Assembly: GCA_038245295.1 (NCBI GenBank)
Contig: JBBRSP010000001.1
Span: forward strand, 320,001-384,000
Length of the DNA stretch: 64,000 nucleotides
Origin: Candidatus Binatia bacterium
GTDB lineage: Bacteria; Desulfobacterota; Binatia; HRBIN30
Direction of reading: 5' to 3'
Shown: positions 63,429 through 64,000 of the stretch, one piece after another
How the letters are laid out: every line of letters starts with the position of its first letter
How positions within the stretch are numbered: the stretch's first letter is position 1
The notes under the pieces: generated by a model
What the model was told of the DNA's origin: nothing
Seen by the model: only the letters and a program-made list of their open reading frames with translations
The model's database searches: none
Translations under genes and position numbers: made by a program

Positions 63429-63902
63429 GTGACGTCAAAGTCCGCCATCCGAGCCGAGTATCCTTTGGGCCCGGCTCTCGATTTCCTGCAGAGGCTGTGG
63501 CAGCTGAACCACGCCCTCGAGAGTCTGTCGAGCCGCATGGAGAAGCGCCTCGGGGTGACGGCTCAACAGCGACTGATCGTTCGCTGTGTCGCGAAATATC
63601 CGGGAATCGCCGCCGGCCAGCTTGCCGCCCTGCTCCACGTCGATCCCGGCACCGTGTCGGCGGCACTCACTCGCCTCGAAGGCAAACACCTCATCGAACG
63701 CCGGCGTGATCAGCCGGACAAGCGGCGTACGTCGGTTGGCCTTACGCCGAAAGCGCGTGCCCTGGATCGACCAACTCGGGGGACTGTCGAGAGCGCCGTC
63801 GAGCGGCTGCTTCAACAGACATCGACGAAACAGATTGGTAACGCCGTCGGGGTGATGGAGAAGCTGACAGAAGCACTGGGAGAAGAACTCGGTGGCGCGT
63901 AA
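63429..63902 (+). CDS. MarR family transcriptional regulator
   Basis: LGVTAQQ, QLAALLHVDPGTVS, DQPDKRRTSVGLTPKA winged helix. Confidence 0.9.
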   Translation: MTSKSAIRAEYPLGPALDFLQRLWQLNHALESLSSRMEKRLGVTAQQRLIVRCVAKYPGIAAGQLAALLHVDPGTVSAALTRLEGKHLIERRRDQPDKRRTSVGLTPKARALDRPTRGTVESAVERLLQQTSTKQIGNAVGVMEKLTEALGEELGGA

Positions 63903-64000
63903 ATCGAGCGCCACCGATTCGGTCGCGCAACCGACGATTCTTTTGCGGGTTGCGTCAGGCGCGGAGGTCGGGCGGTTAGCGCTCCGCCGGCTGGTAGGGA

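Overview
GC-rich bacterial chromosomal window. The gene mix (DUF507 pair, DUF6285/APH, WS/DGAT, many lipid-catabolic genes) suggests a deltaproteobacteria-like lineage such as Binatia; this is inference only. Bases ~0.5-19.4 kb form a copper-homeostasis cluster: CusCBA-type RND efflux, a sulfatase-like membrane protein, two Tat-exported multicopper oxidases, several small His/Met/Cys-rich exported or membrane proteins, a TolC-family lipoprotein and a P1B-1 Cu-ATPase. No transcriptional copper regulator is visible there. Instead, each TolC-led operon is preceded by an exported Cys/His-rich leader ORF ending in the same P-[IL]-x3-T-x2-L-x-I-stop pattern. In both, an anti-Shine-Dalgarno sequence starts at the 4th nt after the stop and pairs with the RBS of the downstream tolC gene. 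This is a candidate nascent-peptide, periplasmic-metal-sensing translational switch, analogous to CutF/CruR but with a different terminal motif and targets. The rest of the window holds a cytochrome c/HtrA pseudoprotease fusion, an S1P-lyase/TetR/desaturase group, MscS, ABC-F, a tetraheme cytochrome, WS/DGAT, tandem dodecins, a nucleotidyltransferase-galactokinase fusion, a lysyl-oxidase-like protein, groESL, a DUF2760-Hsp70-Hsp70 operon, ClC and MarR. There are two frameshifted genes and several families of intergenic palindromic repeats, including a REP-nested MITE-like element. No rRNA, tRNA, CRISPR array or transposase was recognised.
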